Part shown: positions 8,500-22,335 of the stretch, one piece after another
Layout: every line of letters starts with the position of its first letter
Numbering within the stretch: the stretch's first letter is position 1
Source of the DNA: Macrostomum lignano
Taxonomy: Eukaryota
Direction of reading: 5' to 3'
Assembly: GCA_002269645.1 (NCBI GenBank)
Contig: NIVC01001524.1
Coordinates: forward strand, 1-64,000
DNA: 64,000 bases
Notes under the pieces: generated by a model
Database searches by the model: none
What the model was told of the DNA's origin: nothing
The model's input: the letters and a program-made list of their open reading frames with translations, nothing else
Position numbers and translations under genes: made by a program

Positions 8500-10150
8500 A
8501 TGCCTTCAGTGTCTTCAGGACCTTCAGTATCTTCAAAACCTTCAGTATCTTCAGGACCTTCAGTGTCTTCAGGACCTTCAGTGTCCTTCAGGACCTTCAG
8601 TGTCTTCAGGACCTTCAGTATCTTCAGGACATTCAGTATCTTCAGGACCTTCAGTATCTTCAGGACCTTCAGTATCTTCAAAACCTTCAGTATCTTCAGG
8701 ACCTTCAGTGTCTTCAGGACCTTCAGTGTCTTCAAAACCTTCAATATCTTCAGGACCTTCAGTATCTTCAGGAACTTCAGTATCTTCAGTACCTTCAGTA
8801 TCTTCAGGACATTCAGTATCTTCAGGATCTTCAGTATCTTCAGGACCTTCAGTATCTTCAGGACCTTCAGTATCTTCAGGACCTTCAGTATCTTCAGGAC
8901 CTTCAGTATCTTCAAAACCTTCAGTATCTTTAGGACATTTAGTGTCTTCAGGACCTTCAGTGTCTTCAGGACCTTCAGTATCTTCAGGACCTTCAGTATC
9001 TTCAGTACCTTCAGTATCTTCAGGACCTTCAGTGTCTTCAGTACCTTCAGTATCTTCAGGACCTTCAGTATCTTCAAAACCTTCAGTATCTTCAGGACCT
9101 TCAGTATCTTAAAAACCTTCATTATCTTCAGACCCTTCAGTATCTTCAGGACCTTCAGTATCTTCAGGACCTTCAGTGTCTTCAGGACCTTCAGTATCTT
9201 CAGGACATTCAGTATCTTCAGGACCTTCAGTGTCTTCGACCTTCAGTATCTTCAGGACCTTCAGTATCTTCAGGACCTTCAGTATCTTCAGGACCTTCAG
9301 TATCTTCAGGACCTTCAGTATCTTCAGGACCTTCAGTGTCTTCGACCTTCAGTATCTTCAAGACCTTCAGTGTCTTCAGGACCTTCAGTGTCTTCAGGAC
9401 CTTCAGTATCTTCAGGACCTTCAGTGTCTTCAGGACTTTCAGTGTCTTCAAAACCTTCAGTATCTTCAGGACCTTCAGTGTCCTTCAGGACCTTCAGTAT
9501 CTTCAGGACCTTCAGTATCTTCAGGACCTTCAGTATCTTCAGGACCTTCAGTATCTTCAGGACCTTCAGTATCTTCAGGACCTTCAGTATCTTCAGGACC
9601 TTCAGTATCTTCAGGACATTCAGTATCTTCAGGACCTTCAGTATCTTCAAAACCTTCAGTGTCTTCAGGACCTTCAGTGTCTTCAAAACCTTCAATATCT
9701 TCAGGACCTTCAGTATCTTCAGGACCTTCAGTATCTTCAGTACCTTCAGTATCTTCAGGACATTCAGTATCTTCAGGACATTCAGTATCTTCAGGACCTT
9801 CAGTATCTTCAGGACCTTCAGTATCTTCAGGACCTTCAGTATCTTCACGACCTTCAGTATCTTCAGGACCTTCAGTATCTTCAGGACCTTCAGTATCTTC
9901 AAGACCTTCAGTATCTTCAGGACCTTCAGTATCTTCAGGGACCTTCATTAACTTCAGGACCTTCAGTATCTTCAGGGACCTTCATTAACTTCAGGACCTT
10001 CATTAACTTCATGACCTTCAGTATCTTCAGGGACGTTCAGTATCTTCAGGGACCTTCATTAACTTCAGGACCTTCAGTATCTTCAGGACCTTCATTAACT
10101 TCAGGACCTTCAGTATCTACAGGGACCTTCATTAACTTCAGGACCTCAGT
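8500..10150. repeat. 18-bp minisatellite (TTCAGGACCTTCAGTATC)n
   Basis: Direct tandem repeats built from two 9-nt halves. Confidence 0.95.
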
Positions 10151-10852
10151 ACCATGAAACTAGTCCATCTACTGTTTATTCCAATAAAGAATTATTTGTT
10201 CAAATGAAACTTTCCACTCCACACCTGCACACACAGGCATAGCAGCTGGCCTCAACACTAAGTTTAGACCTCATTCTTAAGATCAGAAGCCAAAAAGAGG
10301 GCAAAATAAGGAAGAAAAAGCCCACACTTGCGGGTTGACCAGAAGTCAGAAAAGATAGAGAGAGAGAGAGGAAAAGAGAGCGAGACAGGGTAGATGAGAA
10401 ACGAACGCTTCATTTTTGAGCTCTCCCTAAATATCCCTAGGGAGCTGGGCTTGGAGAAGTCTCCACAGTCCGTCCTGTCAGTGCTAGAGGGAGGGGGACA
10501 GTCAAGTGGAATAGGGCCTCCAAAATTGCTTATCTACCACTGGACCTGCCAGGGGGGGGGTGAGTCCTATGGGACTGCAGTTGCAGCACACCAGCTCAGA
10601 AATTATTTTCCTATCATATTGACCTCCTCGGCTTGCTGCGCCTCCAACTGACCGAGCCGTCTTCTGAAAGCTTTCATAAGAAATTTCTGCCTCTGTTTTT
10701 TGCGCGCAGTCTTTATCTTTCTGCTTTCTGTAGAGGGCAAATCGATTGTCTGCTTCCGACATTTTGCCATTTTTATGGCTTTCCGCATTAATCGCATTTC
10801 GTTTGCGTTGCTAAGAACCAAAATTTGTATCTGAACCATCTTTTACGCGACA

Positions 10853-13800
10853 CCCTCTCTCTGTCTCCCTCTCTCTGTCTCCCTCTCTCTGTCTCCCTCT
10901 CTCTGTCTCCCTCTCTCTGTCTCCCTCTCTCTCTGTCTCCCTCTCTCTGTCTCCCTCTCTCTGTCTCCCTCTCTCTGTCTCCCTCTCTCTCTGTCTCCCT
11001 CTCTCTGTCTCCCTCTCTCTGTCTCCCTCTCTCTGTCTCCCTCTCTCTCTGTCACCCTATCTTTGTTTCCCTCTCTCTGTCTCCCTCTCTCTGTCTCCCT
11101 CTCTCTGTCACCCTATCTTTGTTTCCCTCTCTCTGTCTCCCTCTCTCTCTGTCTCCCTCTCTCTGTCTCCCTCTCTCTGTCTCCCTCTCTCTGTCTCCCT
11201 CTCTCTGTCTCCCTCTCACTGTCTCCCTCTCTATTTCCTTCTAACTGTCTCCCTCTCTCTGTCTCCCTCTCACTGTCTCCCTCTCACTGTCTCCCTCTAA
11301 CTGTCTCCCTCTCACTGTCTCCCTCTAACTGTCTCCCTCTCTCTGTCTCCCTCTAACTGTCTCCCTCTCACTGTCTCCCTCTCTCTATTTCCTTCTAACT
11401 GTCTCCCTCTCTCTGTCTCCCTCTCACTGTCTCCCTCTCACTGCCTCCCTCTAACTGTCTCCCTCTCTCTGTCTCCCTCTCTCTGTCTCCCTCTCATTGT
11501 CTCCCTCTCACTGTCGTCCTCTCACTGTCTCCCTCTCACTGTCTCCCTCTAACTGTCTCCCTCTCACTGTCTCCCTCTAACTGTCTCCCTCTCACTGTCT
11601 CCCTCTCACTGTCTCCCTCTCACTGTCTCCCTCTCACTGTCTCCCTCTAACTGTCGCCCCTCACTGTCTCCCTCTCACTGTCTCCCTCTCACTGTCTCCC
11701 TCTCACTGTCTCCCTCTAACTGTCGCCCTTCACTGTCTCCCTCTCACTGTCTCCCTCTCACTGTCTCCCTATAACTGTCGCCCCTCACTGTCTCCCTCTC
11801 ACTTTCTCCCTCTCACTGTCTCCCTCTCACTGTCTCCCTCTCACTGTCTCCCTCTCACTGTCTCCCTCTCACTGTCTCCCTCTCACTGTCTCCCTCTCAC
11901 TGTCTCCCTCTCACTGTCTCCCTCTCACTGTCTCCCTCTCACTGTCTCCCTCTCACTGTCTCCCTCTCACTGTCTCCCTCTCACTGTCTCCCTCTCACTG
12001 TCTCCCTCTCACTGTCTCCCTCTCACTTTCTCCCTCTCACTGTCTCCCTCTCACTGTCTCCCTCTCTCTGTCTCCCTCTCTCTGTTTCCTTCTAACTGTC
12101 TCCCTCTCTCTGTCTCCCTCTCTCTGTTTCCTTCTAACTGTCTCCCTCTCTCTGTCTCCCTCTCACTCTGTCTCCCTCTCAACCTGTCTTCCTCTCACCC
12201 TGTCTCCCTCTCACCCTGTCTCCTTCTCGCTGTCTCCCTCTCACTGTCTCGCTCTCACTGTCTCCCTCTCTCTGCCTCCCTCTCTCTGCCTCCCTCTCAC
12301 TGTCTCCCTCTCTCTGTTTCCTTCTAACTGTCTCCCTCTCACTGTCTCCCTCTCACTGTCTTCCTCTCTCTGTCTCCCTCTCACTGTCGCCCTCTCTCTG
12401 TCTCCCTCTCACTGTCTCCGTCTCACTGTCTCCCTCTCTCTGTCTCCCTCGCTCTGTCTCCCTCTCTCTGTCTCCCTCTAACTGTCTCCCTCTCACTGTC
12501 TCCCTCTAACTGTCGCCCTCTCACTGTCTCCCTCTAACTGTCTCCCTCTCTCTGTCTCCCTCTCTCTGTCTCCCTCTCTCTGTCTCCCTCTCTCTCTGTC
12601 TTCCTCGCTCTGTCTCCCTCTCTCTGTCTCCCTCTCTCCCTGTCTCCCTCTCTCTGTCTCCCACTCAATGTCTCCCTCTCTCTGTCTCCCTCTCTCTCTG
12701 TCTTCCTCTCACTGTCGCCCTCTCACTGTCGCCCTCTCACTGTCTTCCTCTCTCTGTCTCCCTCTCTCTGTCTCCCTCTCTCTGTCTCCCTCTCCATGTC
12801 TCCCTCTCACTGTCTCCCTCTCACTGTCTCCCTCTCACTGTCTCCCTCTCTCTCTTTCTCCCTCTCACTGTCTCCCTCTCACTGTCTCCCTCTCACTGTC
12901 GCCCTCTCACTGTCGCCTTCTCACTGTCGCCCTCTCACTCTGTCTCCCTCTCACCCTGTCTTCCTCTCACCCTGTCTCCCTCTCACCCTGTCTCCCTCTC
13001 ACTGTCTCCCTCTCACTGTCGCCTTCTCACTGTCTCCCTCGCTCTGTCTCCCTCTCTCTGTCTCCCTCTCTCTGTCTCCCTCTCTCTGTCTCCCTCTCTC
13101 TCTGTCTCCCTCTCTCTGTCTCCCTCTCTCTGTCTCCCTCTCTCTGTCTCCCTCTCTCTGTCTCCCTCTCTCTGTCTTCCTCTCACTCTGTCTCCCTCTC
13201 ACCCTGTCTTCCTCTCACCCTGTCTCCCTCTCACTGTCGCCCTCTCACTGTCTCCTTCTAACTGTCTCCCTCTCACTGTCTCCCTCTAACTGTCGCCCCT
13301 CACTGTCTCCCTCTCACTGTCTCCCTCTCACTGTCTTCCTCTCACTGTCGCCTTCTCACTGTCTCCCTCTCTCTGTCTCCCTCTCTCTGTCTCCCTCTTT
13401 CTCTGTCTCCCTCTCTCTGTCTCCCTCTCTCTGTCTCCCTCTCTCTGTCTTCCTCTCACTGTCGCCCTCTCACTGTCGCCCTCTCACTGTCGCCCTCTCA
13501 CTGTCTTCCTCTCTCTGTCTCCCTCTCTCTGTCTCCCTCTCTCTGTCTCCCTCTCTCTGTCTCCCTCTCTCTGTCTCCCTCTCTCTCTGTCTCCCTCTCT
13601 CTGTCTCCCTCTCTCTGTCTCCCTCTCTCTGTCTCCCTCTCTCTGTCTCCCTCTCACTGTCTCCCTCTCACTGTCTCCCTCTCACTGTCTCCCTCTCACT
13701 GTCTCCCTCTCACTGTCTCCCTCTCACTGTCTCCCTCTCACTGTCGCCTTCTCACTGTCTCTCTCTCACTGTCTCCCTCTCACTGTCTCCCTCTCACTGT

Positions 13801-16800
13801 CTCCCTCTCACTTTCTCCCTCTCACTGTCTCCCTCTCACTGTCTCCCTCTCTCTGTCTCCCTCTCTCTGTTTCCTTCTAACTGTCTCCCTCTCTCTGTCT
13901 CCCTCTCTCTGTTTCCTTCTAACTGTCTCCCTCTCTCTGTCTCCCTCTCACTCTGTCTCCCTCTCACCCTGTCTTCCTCTCACCCTGTCTCCCTCTCACC
14001 CTGTCTCCTTCTCGCTGTCTCCCTCTCACTGTCTCCCTCTCTCTGCCTCCCTCTCTCTGCCTCCCTCTCACTGTCTCCCTCTCTCTGTTTCCTTCTAACT
14101 GTCTCCCTCTCACTGTCTCCCTCTCACTGTCTTCCTCTCTCTGTCTCCCTCTCACTGTCGCCCTCTCTCTGTCTCCCTCTCACTGTCTCCGTCTCACTGT
14201 CTCCCTCTCTCTGTCTCCCTCTCTCTGTCTCCCTTTAACTGTCTCCCTCTAACTGTCTCCCTCTCACTGTCTCCCTCTAACTGTCGCCCTCTCACTGTCT
14301 CCCTCTCTCTGTCTTCCTCTCACTCTGTCTCCCTCTCACCCTGTCTTCCTCTCACCCTGTCTCCCTCTCACTGTCGCCCTCTCACTGTCTCCTTCTAACT
14401 GTCTCCCTCTCACTGTCTCCCTCTAACTGTCGCCCCTCACTGTCTCCCTCTCACTGTCTCCCTCTCACTGTCTTCCTCTCACTGTCGCCTTCTCACTGTC
14501 TCCCTCTCTCTGTCTCCCTCTCTCTGTCTCCCTCTTTCTCTGTCTCCCTCGCTCTGTCTCCCTCTCTCTGTCTCCCTCTCTCTGTCTTCCTCTCACTGTC
14601 GCCCTCTCACTGTCGCCCTCTCACTGTCGCCCTCTCACTGTCTTCCTCTCTCTGTCTCCCTCTCTCTGTCTCCCTCTCTCTGTCTCCCTCTCTCTGTCTC
14701 CCTCTCTCTGTCTCCCTCTCTCTGTCTCCCTCTCTCTGTCTCCCTCTCACTGTCTCCCTCTCACTGTCTCCCTCTCACTGTCTCCCTCTCACTGTCTCCC
14801 TCTCACTGTCTCCCTCTCACTGTCTCCCTCTCACTGTCTCCCTCTCACTGTCTCCCTCTAACTGTCGCCCCTCACTGTCTCCCTCTCACTGTCTCCCTCT
14901 CACTGTCTTCCTCTCACTGTCGCCTTCTCACTGTCTCCCTCTCTCTGTCTCCCTCTCTCTGTCTCCCTCTTTCTCTGTCTCCCTCGCTCTGTCTCCCTCT
15001 CTCTGTCTCCCTCTCTCTGTCTTCCTCTCACTGTCGCCCTCTCACTGTCGCCCTCTCACTGTCGCCCTCTCACTGTCTTCCTCTCTCTGTCTCCCTCTCT
15101 CTGTCTCCCTCTCTCTGTCTCCCTCTCTCTGTCTCCCTCTCTCTGTCTCCCTCTCTCTGTCTCCCTCTCTCTGTCTCCCTCTCACTGTCTCCCTCTCACT
15201 GTCTCCCTCTCACTGTCTCCCTCTCACTGTCTCCCTCTCACTGTCTCCCTCTCACTGTCTCCCTCTCACTGTCTCCCTCTCACTGTCTCCCTCTCACTGT
15301 CTCTCTCTCACTGTCTCCCTCTCACTGTCTCCCTCTCACTGTCTCCCTCTCACTTTCTCCCTCTCACTGTCTCCCTCTCACTGTCTCCCTCTCTCTGTCT
15401 CCCTCTCTCTGTTTCCTTCTAACTGTCTCCCTCTCTCTGTCTCCCTCTCTCTGTTTCCTTCTAACTGTCTCCCTCTCTCTGTCTCCCTCTCACTCTGTCT
15501 CCCTCTCACCCTGTCTTCCTCTCACCCTGTCTCCCTCTCACCCTGTCTCCTTCTCGCTGTCTCCCTCTCACTGTCTCCCTCTCACTGTCTCCCTCTCTCT
15601 GCCTCCCTCTCTCTGCCTCCCTCTCACTGTCTCCCTCTCTCTGTTTCCTTCTAACTGTCTCCCTCTCACTGTCTCCCTCTCACTGTCTTCCTCTCTCTGT
15701 CTCCCTCTCACTGTCGCCCTCTCTCTGTCTCCCTCTCACTGTCTCCGTCTCACTGTCTCCCTCTCTCTGTCTCCCTCTCTCTGTCTCCCTTTAACTGTCT
15801 CCCTCTAACTGTCTCCCTCTCACTGTCTCCCTCTAACTGTCGCCCTCTCACTGTCTCCCTCTAACTGTCTCCTTCTCTCTGTCTCCCTCTCAATGTCGCC
15901 CTCTCACGGTCTCCCTCTCACTGTCTCCCTCTCTCTGTCTCCCTCTGTCTGTCTCCCTCTCTCTGTCTCCCTCTCTCTCTGTCTTCCTCGCTCTGTCTCC
16001 CTCTCTCTGTCTCCCTCTCTCCCTGTCTCCCTCTCTCTGTCTCCCTCTCAATGTCTCCCTCTCTCTGTCTCCCTCTCTCTCTGTCTTCCTCTCACTGTCG
16101 CCCTCTCACTGTCGCCCTCTCACTGTCTTCCTCTCACTGTCTCCCTCTCACTGTCTCCCTCTCTCTCTTTCTCCCTCTCACTGTCGCCCTCTCACTGTCG
16201 CCTTCTCACTGTCGCCCTCTCACTCTGTCTCCCTCTCACCCTGTCTTCCTCTCACCCTGTCTCCCTCTCACCCTGTCTCCCTCTCACTGTCTCCCTCTCA
16301 CTGTCGCCTTCTCACTGTCTCCCTCGCTCTGTCTCCCTCTCTCTGTCTCCCTCTCTCTGTCTCCCTCTCTCTGTCTCCCTCTCTCTCTCTGTCTCCCTCT
16401 CTCTGTCTCCCTCTCTCTGTCTCCCTCTCTCTGTCTCCCTCTCTCTGTCTCCCTCTCTCTGTCTCCCTCTCTCTGTCTTCCTCTCACTCTGTCTCCCTCT
16501 CACCCTGTCTTCCTCTCACCCTGTCTCCCTCTCACTGTCGCCCTCTCACTGTCTCCTTCTAACTGTCTCCCTCTCACTGTCTCCCTCTAACTGTCGCCCC
16601 TCACTGTCTCCCTCTCACTGTCTCCCTCTCACTGTCTTCCTCTCACTGTCGCCTTCTCACTGTCTCCCTCTCTCTGTCTCCCTCTCTCTGTCTCCCTCTC
16701 TCTGTCTCCCTCTTTCTCTGTCTCCCTCGCTCTGTCTCCCTCTCTCTGTCTCCCTCTCTCTGTCTTCCTCTCACTGTCGCCCTCTCACTGTCGCCTTCTC

Positions 16801-18650
16801 ACTGTCGCCCTCTCACTCTGTCTCCCTCTCACCCTGTCTTCCTCTCACCCTGTCTCCCTCTCACCCTGTCTCCCTCTCACCCTGTCTCCCTCTCACTGTC
16901 TCCCTCTCACTGTCGCCTTCTCACTGTCTCCCTCGCTCTGTCTCCCTCTCTCTGTCTCCCTCTCTCTGTCTCCCTCTCTCTGTCTCCCTCTCTCTCTCTG
17001 TCTCCCTCTCTCTGTCTCCCTCTCTCTGTCTCCCTCTCTATGTTTCCCTCTCTCTGTCTCCCTCTCTCTGTCTTCCTCTCACTCTGTCTCCCTCTCACCC
17101 TGTCTTCCTCTCACCCTGTCTCCCTCTCACTGTCGCCCTCTCACTGTCTCCTTCTAACTGTCTCCCTCTCACTGTCTCCCTCTAACTGTCGCCCCTCACT
17201 GTCTCCCTCTCACTGTCTCCCTCTCACTGTCTCCCTCTCACTGTCTCCCTCTCTCTGTCTCCCTCTCTCTGTCTCCCTCTCTCTGTCTCCCTCTCTCTGT
17301 CTCCCTCTTTCTCTGTCTCCCTCGCTCTGTCTCCCTCTCTCTGTCTCCCTCTCTCTGTCTTCCTCTCACTGTCGCCCTCTCACTGTCACCCTCTCACTGT
17401 CGCCCTCTCACTGTCTTCCTCTCTCTGTCTCCCTCTCTCTGTCTCCCTCTCTCTGTCTCCCTCTCTCTGTCTCCCTCTCTCTGTCTCCCTCTCTCTCTGT
17501 CTCCCTCTCTCTGTCTCCCTCTCTCTGTCTCCCTCTCTCTGTCTCCCTCTCTCTGTCTCCCTCTCTCTGTCTCCCTCTCTCTGTCTCCCTCTCTCTGTTT
17601 CCTTCTAACTGTCTCCCTCTCTCTGTCTCCCTCTCACTCTGTCTCCCTCTCACCCTGTCTTCCTCTCACCCTGTCTCCCTCTCACTGTCGCCCTCTCACT
17701 GTCTCCTTCTCACTGTCTCCCTCTCTCTGTCTCCCTCTAACTGTCGCCCCTCACTGTCTCCCTCTCACTGTCTCCCTCTCACTGTCTCCCTCTCACTGTC
17801 GCCTTCTCACTGTCTCCCTCTCTCTGTCTCCCTCTCTCTGTCTCCCTCTTTCTCTGTCTCCCTCGCTCTGTCTCCCTCTCTCTGTCTCCCTCTCTCTGTC
17901 TCCCTCTCAATGTCGCCCTTTCACTGTCTCCCTATCACTGTCTCCCTCTCTCTGTCTTCCTCTCTCTGTCTTCCTCTCACTGTCGCCCTCTCACTGTCGC
18001 CCTCTCACTGTCTTCCTCTCTCTGTCTCCCTCTCTCTGTCTCCCTCTCTCTGTCTCCCTCTCTCTGTCTCCCTCTCTCTTTCTCCCTCTCTCTCTGTCTC
18101 CCTCTCTCTGTCTCCCTCTCACTGTCTCCCTCTCACTGTCTCCCTCTCACTGTCGCCTTCTCACTGTCGCCCTCTCACTGTCTCCTTCTAACTGTCTCCC
18201 TCTCTCTGTCTCCCTCTCACTCTGTCTCCCTCTCACCCTGTCTTCCTCTCACCCTGTCTCCCTCTCACTGTCGCGCTCTCACTGTCTCCTTCTAACTGTC
18301 TCCCTCTCACTGTCTCCCTCTAACTGTCGCCCCTCACTGTCTCCCTCTCACTGTCTCCCTCTCACTGTCTCCCTCTCACTGTCGCCTTCTCTCTGTCTCC
18401 CTCTCTCTGTCTCCCTCTCTCTGTCTCCCTCTCTCTGTCTCCCTTTCACCCTGTCTCCCTCTCACTGTCTCCCTCTCACTGTCTCCCTCTCACTGTCGCC
18501 TTCTCACTGTCGCCCTCTCACTCTGTCTCCCTCTCACCCTGTCTCTCTCTCTCTGTCTCCCTCTCCCTGTCTCCCTCTCACTGTCGCCCTCTAACTGTCT
18601 CACTCTCCCTCTCATTGTTTCTGCTTCTGCATCCCCCTCACTGTCTCTCT
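10853..18650. repeat. About 7.8-kb pyrimidine-rich 12-bp satellite (CTGTCTCCCTCT/…CA variants)
   Basis: Continuous CT-rich tandem units with variant blocks. Confidence 0.95.
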
Positions 18651-18940
18651 GCCTGATTTTTAACCAATTGGAATTAGACTAAAATGCATTACATGAAACC
18701 GAGCTTGCAGTCTTACTGTATGTCAATAATTACTAAAATTAGTTAGGAAATTCACCAAATAAACACACGAGGGCCTCACCAATTTGCACTGCAAAACATT
18801 GTAGAAAACTTCCATTATTCCGACTTGAAAATCGAGATCAATCTTGAGAAAGATTCGCTTCAAGCTTAGATTCCAGCAAATCTATATAGTATGAACAAGT
18901 TTTATATTCCCGCCTAATACGTCAAAAGAAGAGTTTTGTG

Positions 18941-18943
<3 letters not shown>

Positions 18944-18981
<38 letters not shown>
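18944..18981. repeat. (CAG)n microsatellite
   Basis: About 12 CAG units. Confidence 0.9.
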
Positions 18982-18982
<1 letters not shown>

Positions 18983-19419
18983 GCAATGTCTGTCTAATAT
19001 TATAACGGTGGATACGCAGCTCGAGGTTTGGGGTGGCTGCCAGGCTGGACGGCCAGGGTTTCCTGGGGTTCCACAGAGTTGAACGTTGAACGCTATAAAC
19101 CCCCGAAATCCTGCTGCGTTCACCCCCATTGGTTGGCACAGCATCCCCCCCCCCTCATGCACAGTCCCTGTTCATCAGCAACGGCTATACCGAGCTGAAT
19201 TTATCGACTTGTTTATACACGAACTGTAAACTGAAACGTCAGGGAGCTCTAAACATATCTTGGAATTTTAGGGTATCTGGTTTGGAAACCGATTGTTGAT
19301 AATAGTTAGTCAACCGGTTGTGGATTACGCATTTGTTCAAGAACTCTATTGATTATTGATTTACACCTGCCCCAATTCGGGCCAGATGTGCAACCGACAG
19401 CTCAGCCGCAGCCATTGCG

Positions 19420-19612
19420 CGGCGCATCTGAAGGCTGAGTACGGCTGTTCAGTCCAAGGACTGGGGGGTCGCCACACACAGCCTCAATTACCACCAGCTA
19501 ATGCTGGCACCCATTTTACAGCTGGGTGAACTGAAGCAATGCAGAGATAATTGTCAAGTGCTCAAGGACACAAATTGTTCCAGTGAGCTAGGGAATCGAA
19601 CTCCCGACCTTC
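19420..19612 (-). mobile_element. tRNA-derived CORE-type SINE fragment
   Basis: Minus strand has a B-box GGAGTTCGATTCCC followed by GTGTCCTTGAGCA…CTTCAGTTCACCCAGCTGTAAAATGGG, which resembles the CORE domain. The start boundary is approximate. Confidence 0.55.
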
Positions 19613-20074
19613 AAGTTTCAATGTGTTTTTTTTCATGAAATCTACAACAAAAGTCTTGGTCAATTGCTGGGTCCAGTCGGTCGGCGACTGAACACCGATG
19701 CCCCTGATCAGCCACTCCAGAAACTGGCCCTTGCTTCTTGTGGTAGAAATGGAAATATAAAGAGAAAAAATAGAGAGAGCAGTTATAGGGTAGGAAAGAG
19801 CAACTAACGACTGTAGTTGCTGGTCTGTATTTCACATTAGCATAGCAAAGCATAGCACTTAACACGCCTGCCTCTTAGAGGCATTCGTTGCTTAGCGAGG
19901 CGCGAAAGCACAAGCTTTGGTCTGTTGTGCATTTTGCCTTAGTTGCTAGAAACTGTGCGCCTGTTGCATATACACTGCTAGTGCACTCGCTAAATGCCGT
20001 TGCTTGACTGCACCGCGACCGTTACTAAGACTGACAGATTTTTGAAACCATAGCGAACCTTCATTTATTTGAAA

Positions 20075-21380
20075 ATTGGCGCCTCAATACATCTGGAAAT
20101 TGGCATCTCAATATATCTGAAATTTGGAGCCTCAATATATCTGAAAATTGGCGCCTCAATCTTTTAGAGAATTGGCGCCTCAATCTTTTAGAGAATTGGC
20201 GCCTCAATACATCTGGAAATCGGCCCCTCAGTACCTCTGGAAATTGGCGTCTCAATATATTTCAAAATTGGAGCCTCAATATATCTGAAAATTGGCGCCT
20301 CAATCTTTTAGAGAATTGGCGCCTCAATCTTTTAGAGAATTGGCGCCTCAATCTTTTAGAGAATTGGCGCCTCAATACATCTGGAAATCGGCCCCTCAGT
20401 ACCTCTGGAAATTGGCGCCTCAATATATTTCAAAATTGGAGCCTCAATATATCTGAAAATTGGCGCCTCAATCTTTTAGAGAATTGGCGCCTCAATCTTT
20501 TAGAGAATTGGCGCCTCAATACATCTGGAAATCGGCCCCTCAGTACCTCTGGAAATTGGCGCCTCAATATATTTCAAAATTGGAGCCTCAATATATCTGA
20601 AAATTGGCGCCTCAATCTTTTTGGAAATTGGCGCCTCAATATATCTGGAAATTGTCGCCTCAATACCTCTGGAAATTGGCGCCTCAATATATCTGAAAAT
20701 TGGCGCCTCAATCTTTCTGGAAATTGGCGCCTCAATCTTTCTGGAAATTGGCGCCTCAATACTTCTGGAAATTGGCGCCTCAATACTTCTGAAAATTGGC
20801 GCCTCAATATATCTGAAAATTGGAGCCTCAATATATCTGAAAATTGGCGCCTTAATCTTTTAGAGAATTGGCGCCTCAATCTTTTAGAGAATTGGCGCCT
20901 CATCTGGAAATCGGCCCCTCAGTACCTCTGGAAATTGGCGCCTCAATATATTTCAAAATTGGCGCCTCAATATATCTGAAAATTGGCGCCTCAATCTTTC
21001 TGGAAATTGGCGCCTCAATATATCTGAAAATTGGCGCCTCAATCTTTCTGGAAATTGGCGCCTCAATCTTTCTGGAAATTGGCGCCTCAATATATCTGAA
21101 AATTGGCGCCTCAATATTTCTGGAAATTGGCGCCTCAACCTTTCTGGAGATTGGCGCCTCAATCTTTCTGGAAATTGGCGCCTCAATACCTCTGGAAATT
21201 GGCGCCTCAATACATCTGGAAATTGGCGCCTCAATATCTTTCAAAATTGGCGCCTCAATATATCTGAAAATTGGAGCCTCAATCTTTTAGAGAATTGGCG
21301 CCTTAATCTTTTAGAGAATTGGCGCCTCAATCTTTTAGAGAATTGGCGCCTCAATATGTTTGAGAATTAGCGCCTTAATA
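20075..21380. repeat. 24-bp minisatellite with ATTGGCGCCTCAAT core
   Basis: Direct tandem repeats. Confidence 0.93.
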
Positions 21381-21749
21381 TGTTTAAATAGTCTCCTCAA
21401 CAATTACGAATTAATTTAGCATTGAGCGTTATGTTCATATTGACTTCACAAGCACACAAAGAGGTACCACAAAATCCAAGTTTTACGTAAAGTCAAATCT
21501 TGAATGATCTGCTTGGAACAGCTTGGTGGAAGTGGGGCTTTAACTGGCGTAAACAAAAGTGGAAACTTGATATAAACACCCAGCAGCATTTGCATAGAGA
21601 CATATACAATGCAGTTCTTCTTTGTTAGGAAATTTATGCATTTTCGTCTGGTCAAAATGGACTGTCGAAGTTAAAGGGAAATCATCGAGCTAACAGTGGT
21701 TAGTGAAGTTTTGGCACCGCGAAAAATTGGTGTATAAATGTTAATGCAA

Positions 21750-22335
21750 ACTCTAAAAAGTGGCGCCAAACAGATTCTGAACTCTAAAAGTGGCACCAAA
21801 CAGAGTCTGAACTCTAAAAGTGGTACCAAACAGATTCTGAACTCTAAAAGTGGCGCCGAACAGTTTCTAATTTTTTAAAAGTGGCGCCGAACAGTTTCTA
21901 ATTTTTTAAAAGTGGCGCCGAACAGTTTCTAATTTTTTAAAAGTGGCGCCGAACAGTTTCTAATTTTTTTAAAATGGGCGCTAAACAGATTCTAAACTCT
22001 AAAACGTGGCGCTAAACAGATTCTAAAGTATAAAACGTGGCGCTAAACAGATTCTAAACTCTAAAACGTGGCGCTAAACAGATTCTAAACTATAAAACGT
22101 GGCGCTAAACAGATTCTAAACTATAAAACGTGGCGCTAAACAGATTCTAAACTATAAAACGTGGCGCTAAACAGATTCTAAACTATAAAATGTGGCGCTA
22201 AACAGATTCTAAACTATAAAATGTGGCGCTAAACAGATTCTGAACTCTAAAACGAGGCGCTAAACAGATTCTAAACTCTAAAACGTGGCGCTAAACAGAT
22301 TCTAAACTCTAAAACGTGGCGCTAAACAGATTCTT
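21750..22335. repeat. 30-31-bp minisatellite (AAAACGTGGCGCTAAACAGATTCTAAACTAT)
   Basis: Direct tandem repeats. Confidence 0.9.

Noticed and set aside
8391-18191. Long ORFs in the 18-bp and 12-bp arrays
   Set aside because: These are translations of stop-free tandem repeats, open in several frames.
19669-19730. Hammerhead-ribozyme-like arrangement (CCAGUC … CUGAUCA … GAAACUGG)
   Set aside because: Stem III pairs, but the core has C at conserved G8 without compensation, stem II does not pair, and stem I is bulged. It is probably chance or dead.
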